Origin: Myxococcota bacterium
Lineage (GTDB): Bacteria; Myxococcota_A; Bradymonadia; UBA7976; UBA1532
Assembly: GCA_036337435.1 (NCBI GenBank)
Contig: JAYZEG010000033.1
Coordinates: 1,916 to 65,915 of the forward strand
Length of the DNA stretch: 64,000 nucleotides
Reading direction: 5' to 3'
Positions 9,900-18,682 of the stretch are shown here, piece after piece. Position 1 is the first letter of the stretch. Each line of letters opens with the position of its first letter. A program made the position numbers and the translations under genes. Under the pieces are notes generated by a model, which was not told the origin of the DNA, did not search any database, and saw only the letters and a program-made list of their open reading frames with translations.

Positions 9900-11039
9900 C
9901 TATCTCACCTTTAGACTGGCTAAGGCCACGAGGGCTAACATGACGGATACGATCCAGAATCGAACGACGATCTTGGGTTCCTGCCAACCCAGTTTTTCGA
10001 AATGATGATGAATCGGTGCCATTCGAAAAACACGCTTGCCCGTCAGTTTGTATGACGTCGTTTGGATAATGACGGACAGTGCTTCGACAACGAACAAGCC
10101 ACAGATAATGACACTTAACAGCTCATTCTTGGTGAGAACCGCGAGCATACCGATGGCACCGCCCAGCGCGAGACTTCCAACATCGCCCATAAAGACTTGA
10201 GCGGGAAACGTGTTGAACCACAAGAAACCAACGCCTGCACCGATGATAGCGGCGGCGAAAACGGCCAGTTCATTGATGCCTTTTACGTGAGGTAAATGGA
10301 GATATTCCGCGATATTGAAGGCATGATAGTCAACGATACGGCCATTGTTAAACTCGGGCAAATTCAACACGGTTCCACCGCAGTATGCCAAGATCATGAA
10401 GGTCAGTGTCGCAACCATGACGGGACCGATAGCCAGGCCATCTAGGCCATCGGTCAAATTGACCGCGTTGCTGGTCCCGGCAACAACAATGCATGCGAAG
10501 GGAATATAGACAAATAAGGGCAGAACAACCGAGAATTTCTCGGCACTCAGGAAGGGGAAGTACAGACTTCTATCGAAGCCCGCTTCCTCACGAAACAAGG
10601 CAAAAAGCACCGTCGCGCTCAAAGCAAACTGGAAAAGTAATTTCATTCGTCCGGGCAACCCCTTCGAGTTGCGATATCGAAGTTTGAGGTAGTCATCGAC
10701 AAATCCAATGACCGCAAAGCTGACTGTGACCGTGAGTGCCGCCCAGATATAGAGATTGCTCAGTTCAGCCCATAGGATGGTTGGTATCACAAGCGCAAAA
10801 ACCAAGAGTGACCCACCCATTGTTGGTGTGCCGGCCTTACTAAAATGGCTCTCCGGACCATCTTCACGCACGACCTGACCTATCTGTCGCGACTGAAGTC
10901 GACGAATAAACCAGGGATGGAGAACAAAACTAATGACCAGGGCGGTCAACATGGCCGCGATGACCCGGAACGAGACATATCGGAATACGTTTAAACCCGG
11001 AAACGTACCCAGCAATTCTTCTACAAGCCACAAGACCAT
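9900..11039 (-). CDS. mraY: Phospho-N-acetylmuramoyl-pentapeptide transferase MraY
   Basis: Motifs GTPTMGG, NAVNLTDGLDGLA and GDVGSLALGG in a polytopic membrane protein. Confidence 0.95.
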   Translation of the reverse strand: MVLWLVEELLGTFPGLNVFRYVSFRVIAAMLTALVISFVLHPWFIRRLQSRQIGQVVREDGPESHFSKAGTPTMGGSLLVFALVIPTILWAELSNLYIWAALTVTVSFAVIGFVDDYLKLRYRNSKGLPGRMKLLFQFALSATVLFALFREEAGFDRSLYFPFLSAEKFSVVLPLFVYIPFACIVVAGTSNAVNLTDGLDGLAIGPVMVATLTFMILAYCGGTVLNLPEFNNGRIVDYHAFNIAEYLHLPHVKGINELAVFAAAIIGAGVGFLWFNTFPAQVFMGDVGSLALGGAIGMLAVLTKNELLSVIICGLFVVEALSVIIQTTSYKLTGKRVFRMAPIHHHFEKLGWQEPKIVVRFWIVSVMLALVALASLKVR

Positions 11040-11043
11040 CGAT

Positions 11044-12444
11044 TCAGGCCCTTTCCGATTGGGACAGTCTGTCCCAGATTTGTTCCAGTCTCATCCCGCG
11101 TGAGCCCTTGAGTAAAACCGCTTGTTCACGATCACACTGACCAACGATGAAATCCCCTGCCGCCGCCGCAGAATCGAACCAATGTAATTGCTCGGGCGGC
11201 GCACCGGCTGTGCGAGCTCCATCGACGAGATGTCGTGACAATTCGCCTATACCCACCAGCACAGCCTCGGGCGTATGCTCGAATACATAATGGCCAAGTT
11301 CCGAGTGGGCCTGCGGTGCCGATAAGCCTAGTTCCAGCATATCGCCAAGGGCCAGGATACCCCTTGGATGGCGCACGGAAAATGTGGATATGGCTGCACG
11401 CATGGACTGGGGATTGGCGTTGTAACAATCCAAAGTAATCTCGCTGCCGTTTTGTAAGTAGCGCAGTTCACCCCGCATCGCAGGTGGAGCCAACTGAGAC
11501 AATGCTGCTAGGGCCATGGATATGTCGAGTTCAAGGTGACTCACAACAGCCAGGGCCAAACAGGCATTATCTAGGTTATGCCGACCTCTCATAGGCATGC
11601 GCACCGTGTACTCTACCGAATCGATGACAACCTGAGCATCTACCCCTTTGTCGGTCTCGGTCGTCTTGCTGATTCGAACCAGGTCATTCTGATGCTCGCC
11701 CACCGTGAATTGGGACGCCAAAACCCCTTCGCATAGGATGTCTTTGTGCGCGATATCCGAAGGATAGAAAGCCATACAATCGGCACTGAGGCTTCTCAAT
11801 AATTCGCCTTTTGCCCGTGCAACACCCTCGATGGACCCAACGCCTTCGATATGAGCTTCACCGACCGACGTCACAAGCCCAAATGTTGGCTGAGCAAGTC
11901 CACACAGAAATTCAATTTCTCCGGGCGCATTCATCCCCATTTCGACCACAGCAAAACGATGGTCGGGCCTTATTTTCCAGAGTGTCAGCGGCACCCCGAA
12001 GTGATTATTTAAATTGCCCTCGGTCGCGAGGGTCGGGCCAGCTGTTCGCAGCATGGCGGAGAGCATATCTTTGGTGGTGGTCTTACCGCTGGATCCTGTC
12101 AAACCAATGATTTTTGCCGGATTATCATCAGCCCATGCCCGAGCAGACGCTTGGAGTGCGGCTGCGCTGTTATCGACTGCGACCACAGCAATTTCATCAC
12201 CAAGTGTAGCGGGTAGTTTGCCGGCCGACTCATGCTCGACCACAATCACCGAAGCCCCCTTTTCGATGGCCTCTTCGATAAAATCGTGGGCATCGAAATT
12301 AGGCCCTTTAATGCAGAAGAAGGCCGAATTGACGCACAGGGTGCGCGTGTCGATTGAAACGGCTTCGAAGCACTGGTTCATACCAGTCAGCAAACGACCA
12401 CCGGCAGTCTTGGCAATCATGGATGCATCGCGTCTTAACATCAT
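11044..12444 (-). CDS. murF: UDP-MurNAc-tripeptide--D-Ala-D-Ala ligase MurF
   Basis: Mur ligase P-loop GLTGSSGKTTTKDM. ATGA overlap with the murE stop at 12441-12444. Confidence 0.93.
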   Translation of the reverse strand: MMLRRDASMIAKTAGGRLLTGMNQCFEAVSIDTRTLCVNSAFFCIKGPNFDAHDFIEEAIEKGASVIVVEHESAGKLPATLGDEIAVVAVDNSAAALQASARAWADDNPAKIIGLTGSSGKTTTKDMLSAMLRTAGPTLATEGNLNNHFGVPLTLWKIRPDHRFAVVEMGMNAPGEIEFLCGLAQPTFGLVTSVGEAHIEGVGSIEGVARAKGELLRSLSADCMAFYPSDIAHKDILCEGVLASQFTVGEHQNDLVRISKTTETDKGVDAQVVIDSVEYTVRMPMRGRHNLDNACLALAVVSHLELDISMALAALSQLAPPAMRGELRYLQNGSEITLDCYNANPQSMRAAISTFSVRHPRGILALGDMLELGLSAPQAHSELGHYVFEHTPEAVLVGIGELSRHLVDGARTAGAPPEQLHWFDSAAAAGDFIVGQCDREQAVLLKGSRGMRLEQIWDRLSQSERA

Positions 12445-13940
12445 GGGTCCCCTGCTAAAATGCGACGGGCGACTTCCAGGTCGTCAAAATCAATGCGCGT
12501 GCCATTCTGTTCTTGATAGGTCTCGTGTCCCTTACCAGCGATCAGAACAAAATCTCCTGGCTGAGCGGCATCGATAGCACGCTCGATCGCCAGTGCACGG
12601 TCAAGTTCGACACAGACCGATCCCAAATGAACATGAGAGCTGTACTCCAGACCGGCTTCTATGGCACCGACGACGATCTCATCCGCTATCAGCTGAGGCG
12701 TCTCAGACCGGGGATTGTCATTTGTGATGATCACACCATCAGCGCGGGCAGAAATACGTCCCATGGGTCGTCTCTTCGATGTATCGCGGTCGCCACCGCA
12801 TCCAAAGACCAACCAGAGATGTCCTTTGCACACATCTTTTACGGTCTTAATAACGCGGTCTAGGGCATCCGGCGAATGGGCATAATCTATAAGAACGTCG
12901 AAGTCGCGGTCATGTCGGATACGCTGTAATCGACCTCGAACCTGCGCCAACTCGACGCCCATTTGAATCGATTCGTTGGACAGTCCAGCGCGTTGGCATA
13001 GTCCAATCGCAACCGCTAAGTTCAACGCATTGAAATGACCGAGCATCGGACTGTTGATGTCGAGGCCTCCATCGGGTGTGCTCAGACGACCAGAGAGGCC
13101 AGTATGAGTGATATGGAGGCTCTCAAAATGGATGTCCGCATTACGATTATCCAAGGATACTGTGAGGATTTCGACCGTAGGCCTTGTGCGCCGTAACGCA
13201 AGTTCCAACTCGACGCCGTATGGGTCGTCAATGCATAGAATTGCAGTCCCTGAATCCGACAGCCTTTCCTCGAACAAACGTGCTTTGGCTTTGCCGTAAC
13301 TGTCCATGCTCCCGTGGTAGTCAAGATGATCTACGGTTAAATTTAGGAATGCACACGCGTTGAATGAAATTGCATCGACCCGATGCTCTTCCAAACCAAC
13401 AGAGCTGACTTCCATCGCAACCAATTGAGCATTTTTGTCGACCATCGCGCGCAAAAGACTCTGTAACTGTGGTGCTTCAGGCGTCGTAAATTGTGCTGGC
13501 AAGCTTTCCGAGCCTACGCGGTGGCCGTTGGTCCCGATTTGGCCAGAGATTGTCCCGGCAGCCATACAAATTTCGGTGATGATCGATGAAACGGTTGTTT
13601 TTCCGTTGGTGCCAGTCACTCCGATGACGTAGAGGCGTTCGGCTGGTCTGCCTGAGACTTCAGCAGCCAGAACCGCAAGAGCCTGCCGGGGACGAGGCAA
13701 TTTTAATAGGGGCAAATCGCATTCGAAATGTGCGTTGGCCGCCACGGCGATAGCCGCAGCACCTTTTTCAATCGCGGCGGAGGCAAACTTGAGACCATCA
13801 ACAGTGCGTCCGGGTAAGGCCACAAACAAGGTGCCTGGCTCAACCTGACGACTGTCGTGAGTGACCGCCATAATTTCTGTATCTGGCGCACCGAAGAGGG
13901 CAGACCCAGGAATCTGATTGGCGAGGTGACCGAGCATCAT
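12441..13940 (-). CDS. murE: UDP-MurNAc-L-Ala-D-Glu--2,6-diaminopimelate ligase MurE
   Basis: P-loop GVTGTNGKTT and the DNPRSE motif typical of mDAP-adding MurE. ATGA overlap with the ftsI stop. Confidence 0.93.
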   Translation of the reverse strand: MMLGHLANQIPGSALFGAPDTEIMAVTHDSRQVEPGTLFVALPGRTVDGLKFASAAIEKGAAAIAVAANAHFECDLPLLKLPRPRQALAVLAAEVSGRPAERLYVIGVTGTNGKTTVSSIITEICMAAGTISGQIGTNGHRVGSESLPAQFTTPEAPQLQSLLRAMVDKNAQLVAMEVSSVGLEEHRVDAISFNACAFLNLTVDHLDYHGSMDSYGKAKARLFEERLSDSGTAILCIDDPYGVELELALRRTRPTVEILTVSLDNRNADIHFESLHITHTGLSGRLSTPDGGLDINSPMLGHFNALNLAVAIGLCQRAGLSNESIQMGVELAQVRGRLQRIRHDRDFDVLIDYAHSPDALDRVIKTVKDVCKGHLWLVFGCGGDRDTSKRRPMGRISARADGVIITNDNPRSETPQLIADEIVVGAIEAGLEYSSHVHLGSVCVELDRALAIERAIDAAQPGDFVLIAGKGHETYQEQNGTRIDFDDLEVARRILAGDP

Positions 13941-15985
13941 TTTGCCCTCTTTTTCGGTTTTCGAAAGTCTCCTGGAAACCCAAGAGAAACCGTCAAGTTG
14001 GCACGAGGGGGTATGAGTGCACCTGCTTGAGGATGCTGACGCTGTACGAGTCCTGACCCTGTGACACGAAGCGAGAGGTCGAGCTCATCCAATATCTCGA
14101 GAACCTGCGCAAGTGAGCGGCCCTTCAGGTCGGGGACAACAACGTGACTGGACACGCCGGATACGACGGCCGTCTCCTGCCACCATGGCCGTGATTGTGG
14201 GTCAATTTCTTCTGCGAACGTCTCGAGGTCGAGATCAGCGTCTTGCGCCAATGGTTCAACAGATTTCTCGGTTGCTTTCACCCCCAGATAGGGCAACGAC
14301 TGGGCCGCAATTTGGGAGAAGATAGGTGCTGCAACAAGGCCGCCATATTGCTCTACCGTCGGTTCATCAACGGCCACATAGATGGCAAGTCGTGGCGCGC
14401 GAGCCGGCACAAAACCGACAAAAGAGGCAATGACCTTTTCTCGACTGTAGGCACCGATCAGCGGGTCAACCTTGTGGGCCGTGCCTGTTTTGCCAGCAAC
14501 GACGTAGCCTGGCACACGACCCAGTATCCCCGTACCACCGGCCTGCGTTACTGTGATCATGGCGTCTCGTGTGTAGGCAGCGGCGGTCTGACTCACAATC
14601 CGACGAATCATTGTCGGTGGAAAGTTTTCAACTGTCTGCCCATGGGCATCCAATACCTCTTTGACGAGTCGAGGCTTCATCAGCAATCCGCCGTTAGCAA
14701 TCGCTGAGATGGCGCGAACCATCTGCATTGCTGTCGCATTGAAGCCGTATCCGTACGAAAAGGTTGCCAAGTGTATTTGGCCCCATTTTTTGTAGCTCCG
14801 CAGCGAGCCTTTCTGTTCGCCACGCATACCAACACCGGTTTTTGACCCAAATCCAAACGCCCTTAGATATCGATACCACCCTTCTTTTCCAAGGCGCTGG
14901 CCGATTTGAACCGCGCCGACATTTGAACTCTTTTGAATGATCTCCGAATTGGTTAGTTTTTTCGCCGCATGCACGTCGCGAATGGTCTTTCGGCCGACGC
15001 GAATGCGCCCCTTATACCCCTCCCAGATTGCATCTTTTCGAATTCGACCTGCATCGATAGCAGCGGCCAGGAGAATGGGTTTGATGGTCGAGCCGAGCTC
15101 AGAGACATCTGTAATTGTCCGGTTTCGCCATTGCCGTGGGTGTGCTTTACGAAATTCATTGGGATCGAAGAATGGAGATTGTGCCATTGCGAGGATGTCC
15201 CCATTGCGTGGGTCCATGACAACCGCCGTAGCGGATTTGGCTTTCATCTTCTTGATTTGCTCAAAAAGCGCGCGTTCTGCAACTTCTTGAATTCGAGCAT
15301 CGATGGTGAGTTTCAACGATCGCCCAGCCCATGTGTCCATGGGCGCAGCACCACCACTTAAAGCGCGACGGCCCTTCGCATCTGTTAATGCATCCAACGT
15401 GTGTTGTCGTCCACGGAGAAATTTATCCCAATCTCTCTCCAAGCCTTCGAGACCTTTGCCGTCGATGCCCGCAAACCCGAGAATTGCGCCCAACAGTCCA
15501 CCATTTGGATAAAAACGATGAGGTTCATTCCTAAACCCAAGAGATTTTTCTGCCAGGGCTTTGATGGCCAGTGCTTCCTCTTTCGAGACGTGGCGTTTGA
15601 CCCAAACAAAGGCGCGCTCGCTCGCTAATTTCCGCTGGAGTCTGGTGGGCTCCAGTTGAAGTATTGCAGCCAGTTTGCGGGCTAAGTCAGCGGGCTGCTT
15701 CACCGCGCGCGGGATTGCATAAATGGAGGGAACCATGGCCGTCAAAGCAAGCTCACGTCCATTGGTGTCGAAGATATCTCCTCGACGAGCCGAGACTTTG
15801 ATGGTGGTCTGATGCTGACGTTTTGACTCTCCGATGTAACGTTCGTTATCGTGCACTTGGACGTACCAAGCACGAATCATGATGGCTGCGAACGCCAAGG
15901 CCACCAGAACTGATGTCAAGGCCATACGCCCACGCTGAGGTCCAACCTCCCGTGGTTTTTTCCTGCGAAAGATATTACCGGGCAT
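13937..15985 (-). CDS. ftsI: Class B penicillin-binding protein FtsI (PBP3) with a C-terminal PASTA-like domain
   Basis: N-terminal TM anchor and transpeptidase motifs STIKP (SxxK), SSN and KTGTA. The C-terminal about 55 aa, VVVPDLKGRSLAQVLEILDELDLSLRVTGSGLVQRQHPQAGALIPPRANLTVSLG, match the PASTA pattern. Confidence 0.92.
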   Translation of the reverse strand: MPGNIFRRKKPREVGPQRGRMALTSVLVALAFAAIMIRAWYVQVHDNERYIGESKRQHQTTIKVSARRGDIFDTNGRELALTAMVPSIYAIPRAVKQPADLARKLAAILQLEPTRLQRKLASERAFVWVKRHVSKEEALAIKALAEKSLGFRNEPHRFYPNGGLLGAILGFAGIDGKGLEGLERDWDKFLRGRQHTLDALTDAKGRRALSGGAAPMDTWAGRSLKLTIDARIQEVAERALFEQIKKMKAKSATAVVMDPRNGDILAMAQSPFFDPNEFRKAHPRQWRNRTITDVSELGSTIKPILLAAAIDAGRIRKDAIWEGYKGRIRVGRKTIRDVHAAKKLTNSEIIQKSSNVGAVQIGQRLGKEGWYRYLRAFGFGSKTGVGMRGEQKGSLRSYKKWGQIHLATFSYGYGFNATAMQMVRAISAIANGGLLMKPRLVKEVLDAHGQTVENFPPTMIRRIVSQTAAAYTRDAMITVTQAGGTGILGRVPGYVVAGKTGTAHKVDPLIGAYSREKVIASFVGFVPARAPRLAIYVAVDEPTVEQYGGLVAAPIFSQIAAQSLPYLGVKATEKSVEPLAQDADLDLETFAEEIDPQSRPWWQETAVVSGVSSHVVVPDLKGRSLAQVLEILDELDLSLRVTGSGLVQRQHPQAGALIPPRANLTVSLGFPGDFRKPKKRAK

Positions 15986-16256
15986 CAGTCACCTCGACGG
16001 ACATCGGCACAACTTCGTCAGGTGTCGCTGCTCTCAGGCCAATTTTTGTGGCCTTGGGACGCAGCCGCTTGGGATCCAAGAGCGCGGCTCGCTCAATCCG
16101 AAGCTGGTGAAGAATGTCTTGTTGTTTGCGTAATTCTTTGGAGGATTCTTGAATCGAAAATCCAATATTTACGCCCCGGTTGCGTTCGTGTACGACCCGT
16201 AGAGCAATGGCCACAACCGCTGAAATCGTCAGCGCGGATAGAAGGAAAAACCTCAT
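15975..16256 (-). CDS. ftsL: Cell division protein FtsL
   Basis: Small bitopic protein with TM helix FFLLSALTISAVVAIAL followed by a helical, Leu-rich segment, located between rsmH and ftsI. ATG at 16256 forms ATGA with the rsmH stop. The open frame extends to 16322. Confidence 0.6.
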   Translation of the reverse strand: MRFFLLSALTISAVVAIALRVVHERNRGVNIGFSIQESSKELRKQQDILHQLRIERAALLDPKRLRPKATKIGLRAATPDEVVPMSVEVTDAR

Positions 16257-17206
16257 GCCGCCAACTCCAACTTTCGTACGCCGCGCAATTTTGCCGTCCG
16301 GGCCCTCGGATTGGATTGGCATTCCTCCTGACTGGCCACGATGGGCCGATTCGCCAACAATTCAAAGGTCGGTGTGACCGGGCTCGGAAGCGTTCTGCCC
16401 CTTGGGCCGGGTTTGACGTTTCGGCCGGCCCATTCGTTGAAGCGTTTTTTAACAATCCGGTCTTCGAGGGAATGAAAACTGATAATCAACGCACGACCAC
16501 CAGGTTTTAACATCTCCGGGATCGCATCGAGTAAATCGTCCAAAACTGTCAATTCTTCGTTCACAGCAATGCGGAGAGCCTGGAAACTTCGAGTCGCTGG
16601 GTGATGTTTGAGCTTAGCGCGTACGCGTTTCGGTATCGCGCCGCGAATCGCATCCGCGAGGGTTTGGGTATTGAGCGGACCCCCATCATCTTTCCATTGA
16701 TGGATGGCACCTGCGATTGGGTTTGCGAAGGGTTCTTCTCCGTATTTACGAAGAATACGGGCCAGTTCTTTTTTTGATAAGCGTTCGATGAGTTGTAGGG
16801 CTGTCTCGCCACCGTCGCGGTCCATTCGCATGTCGACGGGGCCTACGCGTCGGAACGAAAAGCCGCGCTCATCTTGGTCGAGTTGATAGGATGAGACACC
16901 AATATCCGCCAAAATACCATCGACACCACTGACGTCGATTTCATTGAGTAGTGTTTTTAAGTACCGAAAATTACCAGCTAAAATCCGAACTCGTTCGGAG
17001 TAAGATGCCAAACGCTTGCTGGCATACCGTCGTGCATCACTGTCTTGGTCGATGCCGATAAGCGTGGCACCATCAGCGAGAATCCGTTGCGCATGCCCGG
17101 CGAATCCGAGTGTGCAATCGACCCAAGTTTCTCCTGGAGTGACACACGCCAGACGAGACACAGCATCGGCCAAGACCGGTGTGTGATGTATCGTCTCCTG
17201 TTGCAC
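16253..17206 (-). CDS. rsmH: 16S rRNA (cytosine1402-N4)-methyltransferase RsmH
   Basis: HTPVLADAV, DCTLGFAGHA and DIGVSSYQLD motifs, with the conserved position after mraZ. Confidence 0.95.
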   Translation of the reverse strand: MQQETIHHTPVLADAVSRLACVTPGETWVDCTLGFAGHAQRILADGATLIGIDQDSDARRYASKRLASYSERVRILAGNFRYLKTLLNEIDVSGVDGILADIGVSSYQLDQDERGFSFRRVGPVDMRMDRDGGETALQLIERLSKKELARILRKYGEEPFANPIAGAIHQWKDDGGPLNTQTLADAIRGAIPKRVRAKLKHHPATRSFQALRIAVNEELTVLDDLLDAIPEMLKPGGRALIISFHSLEDRIVKKRFNEWAGRNVKPGPRGRTLPSPVTPTFELLANRPIVASQEECQSNPRARTAKLRGVRKLELAA

Positions 17207-17320
17207 TGCCCACTCCGTTTAAAATCAAGATTCCCGAAGAATTAACCTGCCTGCGACATCTCGGAAAAACCGAGTGCCCTCCAATCATTTTCAAACACCT
17301 TTGGACCGTGCAACGGCCCC

Positions 17321-17785
17321 CTACAAGTTGAAGGTGCTCAAATCGTAGTCACCGTAAGCATCCGGCCCATGGGTCACATCCCATACGGACATTGACCAAA
17401 TTTCGATGAGTCTACCCTGGCCCATGAGGAAGCACTTGCCTTCAAGTTCAGCGTAGTTACGAAACGTCTGAGGCACTTGAATTCGTCCAAGACGATCCAC
17501 GCGGACACGCCGTGCTGCACCGCAGACAACTCGACGCAACGCAGAACCCACCCGAGGAGGAGCCTGTTCAATCTGTTCCTTCAGGGCATCCCAAGCATCC
17601 GGCCAGTAAATCAACAAGCACCGCTCATTCAGATGGCGGGTGATGATGAGTTCTGAACCGTCATCTAGGCCCAAAGCCGAACGAAACTCAGACGGGATGC
17701 TCACCCGTCCTTTTCCGTCCACAGTGTGTTCATGCTGCCCTTCGACGGCAACACCTGTGGTGTGCTTTGAAACGTCGTTGTTCAT
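17321..17785 (-). CDS. mraZ: Transcriptional regulator MraZ
   Basis: Two MraZ/SpoVT-AbrB half-domains (DGKGRVSIPSEFR and DRLGRIQVPQTFR). ATG at 17785 has AAGGAG 4 nt upstream. The ORF-track extension to 17920 looks non-coding. Confidence 0.9.
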   Translation of the reverse strand: MNNDVSKHTTGVAVEGQHEHTVDGKGRVSIPSEFRSALGLDDGSELIITRHLNERCLLIYWPDAWDALKEQIEQAPPRVGSALRRVVCGAARRVRVDRLGRIQVPQTFRNYAELEGKCFLMGQGRLIEIWSMSVWDVTHGPDAYGDYDLSTFNL

Positions 17786-17800
17786 TTCTCTCCTTGGGAT

Positions 17801-17820
17801 TTGGATCCACTTAACCCCAC
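17801..17820 (-). promoter_or_regulatory. Candidate MraZ operator: GTGGG-N5-GTGGA at 10-bp phasing just upstream of the mraZ RBS
   Basis: The minus strand reads GTGGGGTTAAGTGGATCCAA. E. coli MraZ is known to bind phased TGGGN repeats. Only two repeats are seen here. Confidence 0.3.
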
Positions 17821-17969
17821 CTGATAATCCTAACTGCTCTTTTCTAAGGATCAAGGCAGAAACGGTGATTCCCTCCCAAAAAAATAAAACGAGCGCATCG
17901 ACACAACATATAGTGATCATATTAAATAAATGACCGATATGTAGTTCGAAAAATCCTTGTCTAGATTTA

Positions 17970-17983
17970 TGGGATCCTGTGTT
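17970..17983 (+). repeat. Copy 1 of an exact 14-bp direct repeat TGGGATCCTGTGTT
   Basis: Read directly. It is identical to 18105-18118 and lies in the AT-rich spacer upstream of mraZ. Confidence 0.7.
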
Positions 17984-18104
17984 AAATGGTGTAAATTAGC
18001 TCCATCTATGCGGCACACATGTCCTACATAAACAAGTGTTCAGTTATAAAAATCCCATTTATAAAGTTTGTGCTGACTGTTTGACTCTCATGAGCAAAAT
18101 CCGG

Positions 18105-18118
18105 TGGGATCCTGTGTT
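18105..18118 (+). repeat. Copy 2 of an exact 14-bp direct repeat TGGGATCCTGTGTT
   Basis: Read directly, 135 bp from copy 1. A third TGGATCC core occurs at 17802-17808. Confidence 0.7.
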
Positions 18119-18219
18119 TCGCCCCCATGCCATGGAGTCTGTACCCGGTTTGATTTCTGGTTCAAAACAGCGTCTTATATGGGGCGACTGGAACGGCAGT
18201 ATAAATTCAGGAAAAGACC

Positions 18220-18465
18220 ATGTCAGATTTATCGAGCGAGTGCGCCGAAGTGGATGAAGCAGAGAACACAGCCCCAGCCAACAGTGTCGCAATGACTTTG
18301 TTTGAGCGAGGTGATTACAAAGCAGCGAGGCAAGTGCTTACATCAGCGACTGAAGACGAGTCTGTGTTTCTCACGAGGGCACTTGCATGGGATGGCTATC
18401 TCACTCTGTCGATTGGTGTCTTTCTTGTCATTTGGCTATCCGCGGTTTACGCGACCGCGTCCTGA
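18220..18465 (+). CDS. Small hypothetical membrane protein (81 aa)
   Basis: ATG has AGGAAA 6 nt upstream. Acidic N-terminus and one C-terminal TM helix (LTLSIGVFLVIWLSAVYA). No recognisable family, so it could be spurious. Confidence 0.35.
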   Translation: MSDLSSECAEVDEAENTAPANSVAMTLFERGDYKAARQVLTSATEDESVFLTRALAWDGYLTLSIGVFLVIWLSAVYATAS

Positions 18466-18682
18466 CCGCCTTCTGAGTCCTTTTTACGCCAGCGTATCAA
18501 CTCGGTAGATCCGTCCGTTCCTTTTCTTTCAAGTGCCAAAGGAGCGGGCAACCCCCAGGATGCCACCCACGTCTGACGGGTGTTTAAAAAGCATACGCTG
18601 ACGTCGAATGCGGTCTGTTATCTGAACGGTCTGTCTGGTATGGTGCGCCGCCAAAAGACCTGTAGTGGTAATGGAGTATACG

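Noticed and set aside
12014-12577. 187-aa plus-strand ORF spanning the murF/murE junction
   Set aside because: It is antisense to two genes with unambiguous Mur-ligase motifs, and its product is Ala/Ser-rich low complexity.
18036-18295. 73-, 77- and 63-aa ORFs in the mraZ upstream spacer
   Set aside because: They are short and mutually overlapping, lie in AT-rich DNA and have no convincing RBS. The region is better explained as regulatory. Only the 81-aa ORF at 18220-18465 was kept, at low confidence.
18611-18634. 8-bp direct repeat CGGTCTGT x2 upstream of ybiT
   Set aside because: An 8-mer repeat within a 200-bp spacer is expected by chance about one time in three.
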